NCBI RefSeq assembly: GCF_036321535.1
Contig: NC_087447.1
Span: 45,448,001-45,512,000, forward strand
Direction: 5' to 3'
DNA: 64,000 nucleotides
Source: Camelus dromedarius
Taxonomy: Eukaryota
The notes below the pieces were generated by a model. The model was given only the letters and a program-made list of their open reading frames with translations. It was not told the origin of the DNA and did not search any database. A program made the position numbers and the translations under genes. Shown piece by piece: positions 1-14,285 of the stretch (position 1 is the stretch's first letter; every line of letters starts with the position of its first letter).

Positions 1-830
1 TGAGAGAATGGGAGAAATAGTGGTGGGGTTACAAAAATCCTTCTGAAGAAGCAACACTGAACTGAAACCTGGGTGATTAAGGGAGCTTTTGTATAAATAC
101 TTGGAGTAGCTAATTCTAAGCAGATAAAAGATCAAGGACAATAATCCTGAGACAGGGATACTCTTACTTTGTTTTGAAGAAGAGAAAGATGCCTAGTGAT
201 TAGGGCGTGAAGGTAACAATGGTCTATGATGTAGAAGTAGAGGAGGATGGGCCAGGTTATATAAAGTTTTCTGACCATGATAAATAATTTATATTTTATT
301 TTAAGAGCAATGAGAATCCATCGGAGTGTTTTTTCAAGGACTTATATGATCTAGTAGATGTTTGTAGACACGCAGTATGGTTTCTCTGGGAAAAATACAT
401 TCTTAGGCAGCAAGTACAAAAACAATTATACTAGCTGTTAAATTATTACAATAACCAAGCAATAGATAAATGATGGTGTTTATGAACCAAGATATCGGCA
501 GTTTATGGGTGTATAAGTGAAAAGTGAGCAGACTCAGGATATGTTTTAGAGTGGAAATGATAGAAATTGATGAAGGATTTGATGGACAGGGGAGGAAAGA
601 GAAGAGAAAAATCAAGAATGACTCAAGAGTTTTCTTAAGCAATTGTGTGACTGATGGAGTCATTTTATGCTATTAGGAAGAAATAGATAATTTGTTTCTG
701 GGGAAAATCAAATATTTGATTGTCATAATTCTAATTTTTAAATTAAATATGCACATGTAGATATCAAGTAGATAAGTACATCTATGAATATAAAATCACA
801 GGAGAGGAAAGGATGTAGCATTGTAAAGTT
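1..830 (-). mobile_element. Ancient L2 LINE remnant
   Basis: Purine-rich degenerate sequence with L2-like phrases (gaaaaatcaagaatgactcaagagttttct, gatggagtcattt). Boundaries approximate. Confidence 0.55.
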
Positions 831-2473
831 TCAGACTAGCAGAGTAAGTAAAAATTGACACTGTACCCATTTTCAGGGAAATTCAGTTTGTAACAGAAAC
901 ACTGTCAAATAAGCTGGCTAATGAATATCAAATTATAAATTGAATAAGTCATATAAAGATAAAGATGTATTACCAAGTAATAGGTATGTGGAGAAAATCT
1001 GTCTTTGTTAAGGGGCGTTCTGAAAAGTGATGGTTCAGATGCAGAAGGAAAATACAAGATTGCTTCAGAAAGAGAAGAAAGGAGTTGGGGAGAAGATGGG
1101 GAGGAACATCATAGGAAGAGAGAACATAAGGAGAAAAATCTCATGAAAAAAGAAAGAACAATGGCAGATTTGAAAAATATAAGCATTCAGGGCTAACACA
1201 TTTTTCCCTCCAAGGGCAAAGAATCTCCAAGAATTCACGGAAGAAAATGTACTAAAAAGAGTAAGCTAAGTTATCTAATGTTGAAAGGGGCTCAGGGAAA
1301 GAAATAAAAATGGATAGTCTCCTAGAAGAGATCTGACAGGTATTAAGGGTATGTTCAGCCTGAGGAGCTGCTTGGTGAGGCTAGTATGACAAAGATGGAG
1401 ATTTGGTCACAAATTGAAGCCAGAATCTGAAGGTACTTCAATATGATGGAATAATTAAATCAAACACAAAAATCAGTATGGACTTTTATTAAACACCTGC
1501 CTATATTATAAGAGCCTTTAAATCTTATATGATGACTTCCAGGGCCAGAACTCAAATCACAAAAACAATGTGAAGAAGAAGCCAATCAATACGAGAACTT
1601 TTAAACATTCTACACTTAGCTTTTGACATTAGCCTTCTGATCTTAAGAATGACAAGTCCAAAGGAAGAGAAGATAACTGCTCATCCTTTCAATAAATGCT
1701 TAATAAGTGAATATTTAACCATCTGATGACATGAATGAATTAATGAGTGGAGAACACTGGGCTGATGTCAGAGGCTGAATGTCTTTAATCTAAATTTCAG
1801 TCATAAGAGCACAAACGAGTTGAAATCTCACGGGAACAGAGCTCTTGTGGGAAATCATTTGCCAAAGGTCTCATGCATAAATATTCCTCTCTGCTTATCA
1901 CCAAGGTAGAAAATTGTAATTGTTGGCTACAACATTCGGAGTGGGAGAAAACAGGATTATCTTCACTAAGTACTATTTGGTGGAAAAATGCACTTTGAGA
2001 CAGCACAAAATGGAAAATTACGGGTGCCAAGAAACTACTTAAGTGGAATTTGGATTCTTAAAGGTCAAATATGATCCTTCACTTTAAATGATTAATGAAT
2101 TGGAAGGTGAAAACATAATTCTTTTGAGAATTTTAGCTCTTGATTTTACAGGTACATCATCTCACCAGCATCCCTGGGAAAATGTCCCAGGCAAAATATC
2201 CTTTCTGAAAATGAGTTTCCTACTCTTGTCTATTCATTTTTTACAGGTGGCTTCTAAGGATATCTCTGTCCTCTGCCAGTGGATAAACAATGGCTCATAA
2301 ATGACATCAGGAGAACACCATTGTCTTCCAGCCAGCAGATAATATGCCTCTAAAGTTAATTAACTTTTAGCGTAATTTTGTTTACTAAGAAATTCCATCT
2401 AACTCTTCTGAAATTGGAGCGTTCCCTTGAAAAATACTTTCTTGCTGCCGAGAAAAATTACGTCAGTTCCAGA

Positions 2474-3417
2474 ATGATTGTTCCAGTAAGCCCTAGCATG
2501 AATACCTCCTCCTTCCTTCTCAGTGGATTTTCTGGTCTGGAGCAACAATACCCCTGGATCTCCATTCCCTTCTCCACCATCTATGCTATGGTGCTTTTGG
2601 GGAATTGCATGGTACTCTGTGTAATCTGGACTGAGCCGAGCCTGCACCAACCCATGTTCTTCTTTCTGGCCATGCTGGCTGTCACTGACTTGTGCATGGG
2701 GCTGTCCACTGTGCACACAGTGCTAGGGATCCTGTGGGGAGTCATTTGAGAGATCAGCCTGGATTTCTGCATTGCCCAGTCTTATTTCATCCATGGTCTT
2801 TCCTTCATGGAGTCCTCTGTTCTTCTTACTATGGCCTTTGACCGGTATGTTGCAATTTGCAATCCACTGCGTTATTCCTCCATCCTGACTAATTTCAGAA
2901 TTATCAAAATTGGGCTCACCATATTAGGTAGGAGTTTCCTCTTTATTACACCCCCTATCATCCGTTTGAAATGCTTCCATTACTGCCGTGCCCACATCCT
3001 CTCTCACTCATTCTGCCTACACCAGGACCTTCTCCGCCTAGCCTGCTCAGACATCCGATCAATAGCTACTATGCCCTCATGCTCGTCATTTGCACACTAT
3101 TGTTGGATGCTGTTCTTATTCTCTTCTCCTATGTCCTGATTCTTAAGTCAGTGCTGGCAATCGCCTCTCGGGAGGAGCGGCGTAAGTCATTTCAGACCTG
3201 CATCTCCCACCTTTGTGCTGTCCTTGTGTTCTACATCCCTATCATTAGCCTAACAATGGTGCACCGTTTCGGCAAGCATCTGTCCCCAGTGGTTCATGTC
3301 CTTATGGGCAACATCTACATCCTTTTCCCACCTTTGATGAACCCCATCATCTACAGTGTCAAGACACAACAGATTCGTAGCAGAATGCTCAGACTCTTTT
3401 CTCTGAAAATATATTGA
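2474..3417 (+). pseudogene. OR51V1: OR51V1-like class I olfactory receptor pseudogene (one nonsense codon, one 1-nt deletion)
   Basis: ORF pieces 2378-2749, 2807-3139 and 2971-3417 join into one OR with LHQPMF, MAFDRYVAIC, SHSFCLHQD, HRFG and PPLMNPIIY motifs. In-frame TGA at 2747-2749; 1-nt deletion near 3059 (cga-tc-aat versus cgc-ttc-aac in the paralog). Span is 944 nt, one short of the paralog's 945. N-terminus (SSRMI..VSPS..SSFLL) and C-terminus (RMLRLFSLK.Y) match human OR51V1 as I recall it. Confidence 0.9.
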
Positions 3418-3789
3418 GATACTTTGGTTTTCAAAAACAAAACAGCAACAACAAAAATAAACACAGAATTATCAATACAAAAAATAACTTTGATTAGAAT
3501 TAGAGCTTTACCTCTGAGCCCATAGTTCTTGATTTTGGAACACACTTTAACTGTAATCAGAGATTCACCTACAAATAAACCCCATTTTAACCTATGTCCT
3601 GGAAGTGGGTTGTTGTTAGGGATGGAGGTTGGAGACTCGATCTGAAGCATTCCATAAATACCCTACCAACTGCTGATTTGTATAAAACAAGACATATGTA
3701 GGTCATGTCATAAGCATGACCATAGTCAAGAAAGTATGAAACTAGTTAATGTGCCCAGAGTGTATTTTCAAGCACTTTCTCTGAAAGTA

Positions 3790-3935
3790 AAGTACAATGA
3801 AGCTAGATTTGAAGAGTTGGTCTTTCAGTTTCAAAAGTGGGTAACTTGAAGCTACTTCAGTTCTCTGAGATCCAGTTAATTAATCTTCAAAATGAGGAAA
3901 ATACCCAACTCACAGAAATATTGTGATGATTGTAT
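3790..3935 (+). mobile_element. MIR SINE remnant
   Basis: Core-like cttcagttctctgagatccagtt..cttcaaaatgaggaaaata..ttgtgatgatt. Confidence 0.55.
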
Positions 3936-5669
3936 GGGCCGAATTTTCCAATAGAATTTTTCTAAAATGATAAAGATGTTCTATAATATAAAGTAATATG
4001 GACCATCATATTAAGGATATGTTTTTAGTAAAAATAATCTGCTGATAATAAATCCACAGGTGAATGCTCACTGTACACTCTACCTCCTAATTTTCCCAGG
4101 TCTATAAAAACTTTGTCATTAAATAGACTTGAAAGATTTAATATTAGTGTTTGGGATGCTGGTAGTATTCTCTTTCTTGGACAGGGTATTTGTTATAAGC
4201 TTTTGTTATTTTTGTGGTATTTAATCTAGCTGTATCTTTATTTATGGACCTTTCTGTGCTTATGTTAATAATAAAAGACAAATTTAAGGAGTATGAAAGT
4301 GTCAGTTTACAGGTACACCTGGCAAGTGAATAAACGTTTTTATTTCTGTCACTTGCTATAATCAACTGAAACTACAGAAGTACACAGAGGCACTGTGAGA
4401 GAAAATAATAATGTATATGAAAACCAATTTTATAAATACAGAAATTTTAGATAGTATTCTTAAATGATGAAACAGGATAAATAAATCTGAAGTCTAGGTG
4501 CCTACAGAAGGAGATACAAATGAGAAGAAAACTATCTGCATAGGACAATCCTGGAAAAGCACCCATATTTCTTATAAAGTACTGGTAAGGGGTGGGACTG
4601 AGAGTGGTAGAAAAGGTGAACATCTGTGTAAGTTTTCCTAACTAAAGTATTCAGAAACCCACTCCTTTCTAATTCAATCAAAATGATTGTTCTCTGTAGT
4701 AACTGATCAAATATGACCCAGATAGAGGGGCATAGAAGACAAAGAATGCCAGGAGTGACGTATCATATATAAAAGAGAGAGATTATGTAAAATAATACAT
4801 GTTGAATGCTGAAGTCCATGGACACATTTCTCCCATTTCTCCCATTCATCTCCTAAAGTGCTAACCAGACTGATACTCCATAGTCAGGCAATTATAGAAT
4901 TATTCTCTGTAAAAACTGTCTCAATACAAAAGAATAACAGATATTGGTATTTGACTATTACTCACTGAATTGGGTGGGCTCCTTCCTCATCTGCCCGACA
5001 CATAACTAATCAGATAACAAATCCCACCATATTCATAGGAATCTCTAATAGATCTTTGGTCCCTCACCATGAAATATGAATGGACAGCCAAGGATTACCA
5101 GGAGTGTGATTAAACCCACCAGTAAAAAACCACATATCCAAAATAAATTTTAAACTAGAAAATTAACTGTATGGAGCAGAGTTTATTCAGAGTAGGCATT
5201 AAGATATGAAAAGAAAACAAGTCCATAATTTTCTTAATGAGATATTCAGTAATATTAGATCCTTGATATAAGAACAGAATACTATTAATAGGAAACAATT
5301 AGAGAACAGAAAAGATTATTTGTAAATTGAACAACAATATGAAAGATGAAAGAAAAATCAATAGAAGTCTTAGGAGACAGAATTAAGAAAGCAGAGCAAA
5401 AGTGATAAATAGGGGACTGGGAGAAAAAAACCATATAAGGGGTCAAACCAAGAACACCAGAATTTTACTAATAGGAGTTCTAGAAAGACAGAAAGGATAA
5501 AAATATAGGAAGAATTTATTAAGAAATTATACAAGACTTTTCCTAGAACAAATAATAAAAGAACACAAGTCCAAATTAAGAGTATCCACCAAGTACCCAG
5601 TTAAAAAATAATACATATGTTATATTACATATATATGTGTGTGTATATATTATATATAAAATATTGTAG

Positions 5670-6640
5670 TAAGTTAAGAGAATAAAAAGGTCAGCCACAG
5701 ACTGGCAGGAAGTATTTGCAAAATACATATCTGATAAAGGTCTTGTATCCAAATGCAAAGAACGTTTAAAACTCAACAATTAGGAAATAACCAACTCAGT
5801 TAAAAAGTGGGCAAAAGATCTGAACAGACACTTCACCAAAGAAGATATATAAATAGTAATAAACACATGAAAAAATGCTCAATATCATTTTTCATTAGGG
5901 AATTTCAAGCTAAAACAAGGAGATACCACTACACACCTTATTACAATGGCTAAAATCCAAAACCCTGACAACGACTCTGGTGAAGATGTGGATCAACAGG
6001 AATCTCATTCATTGCTGGTGGAAATGCAAAATAGTACAGCCACTCTGATCGAAAATTTTGCAGTTTCTTACAAAACTAAACATAGCTTTACCATGTAAAA
6101 CAAACAACTGCACTCTTAGATATTTTACCCAAATGAACTGAAACTTACATCCACACAGAGACAAGTTTATAGCAGCTTTATTTGTAATCACCAGAAATTG
6201 AAAGCAACTAAGATGACTGGATAAGCAAACTGTGGTACATCTATACACTGCAATGATATTTGATTAGAGAGAGAGCTATCAAGCTGTGAAAAGACATGAA
6301 AGAAACTTAAACACATTTTACTAAGTGACAGAAGCCATTCTGACTACATATTTATATGATTTCAACCACATAACATTCTGGAGAGGCCAAACTATAGGAA
6401 AACTATAAAGATCAGTGGTTGCAAGGGTTTCAAGGAGAAGGATGGAGGAATGGATAGGTGGAGCACAGGGGATTTTTAGGGCAGTAAAAGCATTCTGTAT
6501 AATACTGTAATGGTGAGTATATGACATTATGTATTTGTCAAAACCATGGAACAGTAAACAGAAAGAGTGAACCCTAATGCAAACTGTGTACTTTGATTAA
6601 TAACAAGATATTAATATTGATTCACCAGTTATTTAAAAAA
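5670..6640 (+). mobile_element. L1M (L1MC-like) ORF2 end and 3' UTR, apparently nested in an older L1 ORF1 remnant
   Basis: Typical L1 sequence aaaaagtgggcaaaagatctgaacagacacttcaccaaagaagatata and cattgctggtggaaatgcaaaatagtacagccact, ending in an A-rich tail. ORF1-like A-rich sequence on both sides. Confidence 0.85.
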
Positions 6641-7869
6641 AGAAAAAGTTATTCTAGGCATATACTTTTCAATTTTAATACAAAATATGGGAGTAGAGAG
6701 AACACACTAATAGCTTCAAAAAGAAGATGAATGCATAAGTAAACAAACAGCTTGTATCTCCAGGATCAGAGAGCAGAATGGCACTGCTAATTTCAACAGC
6801 AACACAGGGATCTAGAAGATAGCTGATTTCTCTTCTCAATTTTGAGGGAAGCTACTGGCAACCTGGGAGATAATGGTAGTGATATATTTCTGAATATGTC
6901 TACACATTTCCTCCTCTCTCCTCAACTCATAGAGATCAACAAGAAGGGTAAATTTAACCACTTATATTTTCATATATAGAGAAATAGACAATTCCAAATT
7001 TTAGTGTCAGCTCCAGAATCCACACCAGAACAAAGACTGTGCAGGGAAGGAAGGTTGGGGAGTGGTAGCCTATAGTTAGTGAAACACTGATAATACCCCC
7101 AACCCCAAACTACATACACACCAAATTAAAAAAGAGAATCAACCCCAATGCTGTAAAATAGTGAGAATAGGTTCAAGACCCTTTGAATTACATATTCCCA
7201 ACTGAGGAATTAAAAGTAATATTTGAAAGTGCATGGAAACAGGCTTAAAAGTAGTTTGGGAAAGTGTTAATTTTGCGGTAGGGAAAATGCTTGGAGGTGG
7301 AAGGAATTATTTTGAGGCTTGGTAGTAAAGGAAAAAAGAGTAAGAAATCACGATTAAAGAACCAAAAGGAACATAACTGAATCACAAAAAAAAAGGATAC
7401 GTCATCTCTATCCCAACCAAAATTAGCAGCAGGGAATTAAAAAACTGCCATTCGCTTCACTGATGGAAATGGGTGTCAGTTAGAACAAAGAACGAGTAAA
7501 GTCATCTTACCCTTCTCGCCTGCATACAACTGTTATCAATATTCCAAGAAACATAAGACCTTTCAACTGACAGTTTCTATAAAAAGTGGAAAGTGAAAGT
7601 AAAAATGTTTCTGCTGATGAACACTCTACCTCCCACTACTGAAACACATACGCACACACATACACACACACATCATAGAAAAACTACAATTTATCTTTCC
7701 AGCCTAAATAAACTATCTTTATGATTAATTTGTAGATTTGGGAATAAAATAATAAAATTAAAGACAGAACAGAAATGTATAAAAATGGATGATATGATTT
7801 AAGAGTTGTTTGAAAATCAATATAAAAAGTGAAGTACAAAATCATGTTAGAAATAATGATTACATTATT

Positions 7870-8320
7870 ATTGTTATCTATTGTGTAACAAATCACCCCA
7901 AGATTTAGTATCTTAATGGTTTATTTTTTCCCACAATTCTGTGGGTCAACAGTTTAGATAAGATTGATTACATGGTTCTGCTTCACGAGGAATCAGCTGT
8001 GGTCACTCAACAGGCAGCATACAGTTAGGAAATGGGCTGAGATGGAAGGGCCACAGACGTCACTCACGTGCCTGGTGCCTCAGTGCCCCTCCACATAGTC
8101 ATACCCCCTCCATAAGGAAAACTTAACTTCCTCATAGTATGGTGATCTTAGTGTTTCTCACATTGGTGGCTGACTTTGAATTAGAAACAATGTAGAAGTT
8201 GCCAGTCTTCTTATTACTTTGGTTCAGGAACCCAAGAACATCAGCATCATTCCTGCCACATTCCACTAAATAATGGTAGAAACAATTCTCTTGAATCCCA
8301 GATTTAAGGGGCCGTGGGAA
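7870..8320 (-). mobile_element. MLT1-type MaLR solo LTR (old)
   Basis: tattgtgtaacaaatcaccccaagatttagt..cacaattctgtgggtca and ttcctgccacattccact motifs typical of MLT1. Confidence 0.65.
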
Positions 8321-9109
8321 TAAGTTTCACTTCTGATGACAGCAGTGGCACACACACACAAAGAAGGAGACAAGTGATGACAGTTCTCTTCTCAGATTAC
8401 CTTCCATGTTGTCCAAAAGAGAATAGTGGAGATAGTAGATATAATGAAGACAAAATTGTTTAATACATACATAAATGGATTTTCTGGGAAATAAAAGGAT
8501 CAAAGCCAAATAATAAAACAAAGATAAAATTAATATTTTAAAGACATTTTAAGAGCTATTTCTGGAAACAAAAAGAAAACTTTCATCTTTACATTGAAAG
8601 AGCTTATCTTATACCTTAGGCAAACAACCCAGAAAATTCTAATGCATTGAGAGAAAAGTTACTGGAACCGAGAAACTTACAAAAAAAAAAAAAAAAAAAG
8701 CTCAACAGAAAATAAAAACCCACCTTGCCTTTCATCAGGCTAGAATAAAAATTATAGCTACAGTCAGCTGCAAAATTAACAGGAAACTACGTTTCTCCTA
8801 AGGACAAGCTGTAACTGTAATGCATCTTAATAATCCTCTTCTTTGGGTAACTACTGATTTGGTACTCACTGAGATACTTTGTTCTTTAGAATCATATACT
8901 ACATCAGAAATGCTGCTCTTTAAAATTACATCAGTAAGAATGAAACATTCCACCTTGGCTAGAAGATAGATGTCACTTTGGAACAGAGAAGTAGCCTTGG
9001 TATACAACTCAGGTGCAGAACTTCAAAAAAGAGATACCCAAACATAACTTTCCAGAATGAATTTTGCAGCTTAGACTTGATGTTGCCCCTTTAAACATCC
9101 TTGCTTTGC

Positions 9110-9375
9110 TTTGAGCTTATCGAAATATGGCTTTATCTGATGAGTTTGGACATATGCATACACCCATGATATCATCACCACAATCAAGCTAATAAACCTA
9201 TCTGCCACCTCCAAAAGTTTTCTTGTGTCCTTTTGTTTGCTTGTTTGTTTGTTGTGGTAAGTACAGTTAACATGAGGTTTACCCTCTTAGGCATAAAACA
9301 CCATACTGTAAAATTGCATGTATTAAATATGTGCAGTTTTTGTGTTTCAATTATACCTCAATAAAGTTGTAAAAA
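9110..9375. mobile_element. L1M 3'-end fragments in opposite orientations
   Basis: Antisense gagtttggacatatgcatacacccatga..catcaccacaatcaag, followed by sense caattatacctcaataaag. Confidence 0.6.
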
Positions 9376-10976
9376 ACCCATGGATTTATTTAAATTTTAG
9401 CTAAATCTCATCCTTCTCCTGAATCTTATAATAACTTTATTATTTCCTTTGATTGGGAAAATGTCCTCTGGTTCTTCTGGTATGTTCTCTTCCTCTTCAA
9501 AGAATCAATAAACCTCATGTCAGATGACAGTTTGCTTCTGGTGTCTTTATACAACTTTGTATGTCACATTGAGTTATGTTCTATTCAGCCTTTAAGTTTT
9601 AGATATTTATTTCTACTAAATAACATACCAAATATTCCCTATGACATGAACACTACTATAAATTTGAAAAAACTATTAACCAAATATATTTTATATACTG
9701 TATTACTAACTGCATTTTCTTTAACTGTACTCATCATTCACCACCTATTACTCTGTCAATCTATCTTATTTTGTTATTGAAAAACATCCACCCATTTATT
9801 TCATTTTATCTTTCTCCCCTGATAACTATTCCTCAATTAAATCTGAATGCTCAGGAAAAGACAAATAGTGAATAAAGTATGGCACATCCATCTACTTAGT
9901 ATTAAGCAGTTGTTACAAACAATGAAATAGACCAATATTGATTGAATTGGGCATTGTCTATGATTTCTTAAGTGCTAAATAATAAAATAAGATGTTAAAT
10001 AAAGCATTAGTATCTTCCTATTGGGCTAACACATACTTAGATAAAGGTTTCATGTCTCTGAGCATAAAGAAATGAATAAAATGATTCATCCCACCCTGAC
10101 CACATTTGGATAGCATAAGAAAGAGGGAAGGAAGATTATTAATGTTTGGTGTATGCATCTTAAGTTTTATTTGTTATAATGGGCATGCATCACTCTTGTA
10201 ATTAAGCAAAATCCAATAAAATACATTACATTTTTAAAAGACAAAAGAAGGGATTGACGTTTGTTCCTTTTAATATAAGAGATTGCACTGGCCTCTACGC
10301 AAGTTTGTCTACATACAAAACAGATGTTACGATATATCAGAAAAAGCATAAACCCCCTTAAGCCTTAAGGAAGATCCTTGTATATTCTTCCTCAAGACAA
10401 GTCACTAATAACCTTACACTAGCAAATCTAAGAGATACTATATTAGTGATTCTTCCCAGATAAATATCCTCACCAAAGTGGTTTACCAGATACAAGTGGA
10501 GAGAATAGTTGCTGTTGCTAAAGCTATTCTTCAATGCGGCAGAACAAATTACTTTGAGAAAAGTTCAAGGCTTCAGAGATCCTGCTCTCAATCACTGAGA
10601 AATTCTACATCCTACTAATGAAAATAAGTAGTTCTGCTCTTTTTTCTGATACCAACTTCCAGCTGTGTTATCTCAAGAACAAAGAGAAAACAGGAATCCA
10701 ATTATGTCTAATTAGCTGTCCAACACAAGGACTATCTGGGATGCCTTCCTAATCCTTCCCTATTTAGGTTTTATAGTAAAATGAAGGCTTCATGGACATT
10801 CTCTCTCTCACTTTTTGGCTGAGGAACTAGCATTCAGGACTCTATCTTGCCTGTAAAACAGCTATCCAGGGACAGTTTTGATAATCTTAATTGTTAAAGC
10901 AGATTTAGAGCTAAAATCCCAACCAGTTTAACATCCTCAATGTACAGGAAAGAAAGCTTAGGCTCAAGAAATTTCT

Positions 10977-11397
10977 TTGTTTTTCTCTCTCTTATTTAAT
11001 TGAAGTATAGTCAATTGACAATGTTGTGTTAGTCTCTAGTGTACAGCATGGTGATTCAGTTATATACATGTACGCACACACGCATATATACATATATACT
11101 TTTTCATTATAGGTTACTACAAGATATTGAATATAATTCCCCAAGCTATACAGTAGGACCTCATTGTTTATCTATTTTATATATAGTAGTTAGCATCTGC
11201 AAATGCCAAACTCCTAATTTTCCCTTCCCTCCTTTCCCCACTGGCAGCCATAAGTTTGCCCTCTATGTCTATGAGTCGGTTTCTGTTTTGTAAATAAGTT
11301 CATTTGTGTCTTTTTTTTTAAGATTCCATATATAAGTGATATCACATGGTATTTGTCTTTCTCCTTCTGGCCTACCTCACTTAGTATGATAATTTCT
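10977..11397 (-). mobile_element. 5'-truncated lineage-specific (camelid-like) L1 3' end with 10-bp TSD
   Basis: ttgaagtatagtcaatt..gtacagcatggtgattcagttata..agattccatatataagtgatatca; AGAAATTTCT at both 10967-10976 and 11398-11407. Confidence 0.85.
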
Positions 11398-13049
11398 AGA
11401 AATTTCTACCACTATCTCAGAGAGCCACATTCTCTTATCCATCTTCTTGAAATCCACAGAGCTTTGACACCTGAAGCTTTTGGCTGCACAACCTGACCTA
11501 AAGCAATGGCAAAATCTAAGATGAACTGATGTGAGTATATTTATCACCTTTATTTATCCTGCATAGTTAAATATTCATATGCTCTTTGAAATAACATCAA
11601 TCTATTTGATTATGAAGATGTCATCAAGGCCCCAATGATACTGTTATCTAATATAAAGAGTTTGACCATGTAACTTTTCTAAAATCTGGAAAATTCTTTT
11701 CCTAAAACATGTGGCTCCAGGATTTCAGATAATGGACTATACACATCTGTAAGAGAAAGTGCATTGAAGGTCCGGATAATGGTGAATTCACCTCTGCAGG
11801 GTATTACTGGAGATGGGTTTTAAACTAGTAACAGTTCACTACCCTCTTGTGTTTTATATATATCTTAAATTACTATCTGCTAAAACTTTTTTTTAATCAA
11901 AGGAGGAAAGTATGACTATTTCAAGGAGAAAATATGTATCTGAAATCATAATTTACCCAAATCTTTTGATTAAAAAAATGCATGGCCCTTCAAGTAAATG
12001 AGGAAGCTAGAGCTGTAGAGTTTCAAAATTTGAAAATATCAGAGTAAGTTATTAGTAGAGTCTACAGCCTCCAACTACGGATCCTATTCTTTGTTTTCTA
12101 GTCACCACCATACACTTAGATACAGACGCCAGTTCTTCTATTGTCACCTAATTTGTCACTGTTCTTCCTCAATCTCTTTTCTTTTAATACACTTTGGTCC
12201 CCTAAATTTGTTGTCCAAGGACAAGTGGAGAGAAAAGTACTGTTCCTTTTTTATATCCAAAAGTGCAAGGAGGAACTATACAATTAGCCATCATTTATGT
12301 TTTCAAGAACTTTGGATGGAAAATATTTGAAATGAAGGGAACATTTGTCTCTTTCCAAATAGTACTCATACCTGTGTAATAAGATACAACTTCTCTCAGC
12401 CAGCGAGCATAACACATCTAAGTAACTGATTGGGGGATTGGGGCACTTGCTTAGCACTAATCATCCAATCGTGGTCAGTTGATGGTCAGTCATTATATTT
12501 ACAGGGAAGTCCCACTAATACAGATTAAAAAGATTTCCAGGATGTTCTTGCCAAATATCAGCAAACCAGGGATATCTCGAAAGCCCCACTTGAAAGAAGT
12601 TTATTTAAAACATCTTCCTCCACAAATATCTTTCAAGTACATGGAGTCAGTTTTGAATTCCATTATTGTAAAGGAATTTATCTTTATCTCTTCTTTCCTC
12701 CATCTGGATCTGGATCCCTCATTAAAGTGTCCTTCAAAGAATGAAAGGGATCTTTACAGTAGCTTATGGTATTTCTGGATCCCTGTGGTGCTGACTAATT
12801 CTAATCTGTAAACAATGGAAGAGAGGGAAAGCCAAGGAGACTTAAAATTTCAAGGTAACTAAGATGAGAGCATCAGTTTCAGATGCCTTCTAAGTATGGT
12901 ACAGTTCTTCTTCTATATGTGGCACTGGCAACTTGAATTTGCAGATGCCTCTATGGAGACATGTTATCATGCAGCAGCACGGGCCTCTGACATGAAAAGG
13001 AAACTTGGATATTTAACTGAAAGTATGTGTTAACTAGGGTGTCCAGGAG

Positions 13050-13330
13050 TGCTAGCCAGAGGAAAAACTACGCAAATTGTAAGGGAGGAGAAAATAGGAG
13101 TGCTTCTCCCTAAGGACCATGTACCAGAACCAGCCCCAGGTGATCTCTTTACACAAAAGGAGTGAAATTCAATCCTCAGGGTCTGAATATCTTGGGTCTG
13201 AGTGATGCCTAGGAGATATAAATAGATAGTTCCAGATTTCCTGTTTGTATTTGGGGCATCTCTTTGTTTCCATTTTTTAATTTACTCAACTAGTTAAACA
13301 TCTTCAGGATTCTAGACAATATAGGTAAGT
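13050..13330 (+). promoter_or_regulatory. Putative promoter / non-coding first exon of the OR52Z1-like gene
   Basis: O/E(EBF)-like motifs (TCCCTAAGG, CCCCAGG, TCCTCAGGG), TATAAA near 13217 and donor TAG|GTAAGT at 13324/13325. Matching acceptor ctgtcctttcAG at 15872, upstream of the ATG. Confidence 0.45.
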
Positions 13331-14183
13331 AAACTGAGTAATGCTCAGTGAAAACATATAGAAAAGGACACCAGAAAAACAGTCAGGAAACCGCAGGAGA
13401 TGCTCATTCTTCCTAGAACTTAACCATTTTGCATTTCCTTCAACCCTGACCTATGAAGTATTGGACATGGATTTTACTGGATGTGACCTACAATTGTAGA
13501 ATCTCTGTGCTCTTCTATTAAATTAATCCTCTGCAAAGAGCATAAGTAATTCTTTTCTTTTAGAATGTGTTTATGCTATAGTCATTTTTCTTTTGATGTG
13601 AAGATCTGAATGTTGTGCTTAGACATGTCAAACTTAAACGTATATTCCAGTAGTTAAAAACAAGACTCAGTAGTTAAGCAAGTTTAGTAAAGATAATGTG
13701 TATATGTACATATACACAAATATATGCATTAATTTTTCTGTAAATGTCCTCATTTCATCTGTTGTTGGGCTAGAAGTATAACTGATTTGTGATAAACCAT
13801 CCTACAATACTAACTTCAGAATTGCTTGTAGATTTAATTGATGTTTATTTGGAAGTATTTTATAAATGAAAACCAAACTTCAAATTAAGTAACTTTTTAA
13901 TAACCATGTAGTCAGAATAAGACTTAACCAGTATTTAAATCTAATTCCAGATGGCCCTAAAACCACGCTGTTTCTACTAACCACATGCTGCCTGTGTGCA
14001 TATATTCATGATTCAGTCAGACTATGCCATCAGTAATATTACAGAATAATGCTACAAGGCATTCCAGTCCTACAAATTACGTAACCGTAGGTGATAAGGC
14101 TACAGTTAAAACAGAACCAAATAAAATGAAACAGATCATTAGTGTCCCAAAAGATCATCAGTACAATTAAAACAAAACCTGCA

Positions 14184-14285
14184 TATATATGTGTATATGT
14201 ATGACTGAAACACTATGTTGTACACCAGAAATTGACATATTGTAAACTGACTATACTTCAGTTTAAAAAACCAACCAAACAGCAA
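14184..14285 (+). mobile_element. Very short L1 3' tip (camelid-like) with TSD
   Basis: gtatgactgaaacactatgttgtacaccagaaattgac..aactgactatacttca plus A-rich tail; AAAACCTGCA at 14174-14183 and 14291-14300; TT|AAAA endonuclease site on the left. Confidence 0.85.
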
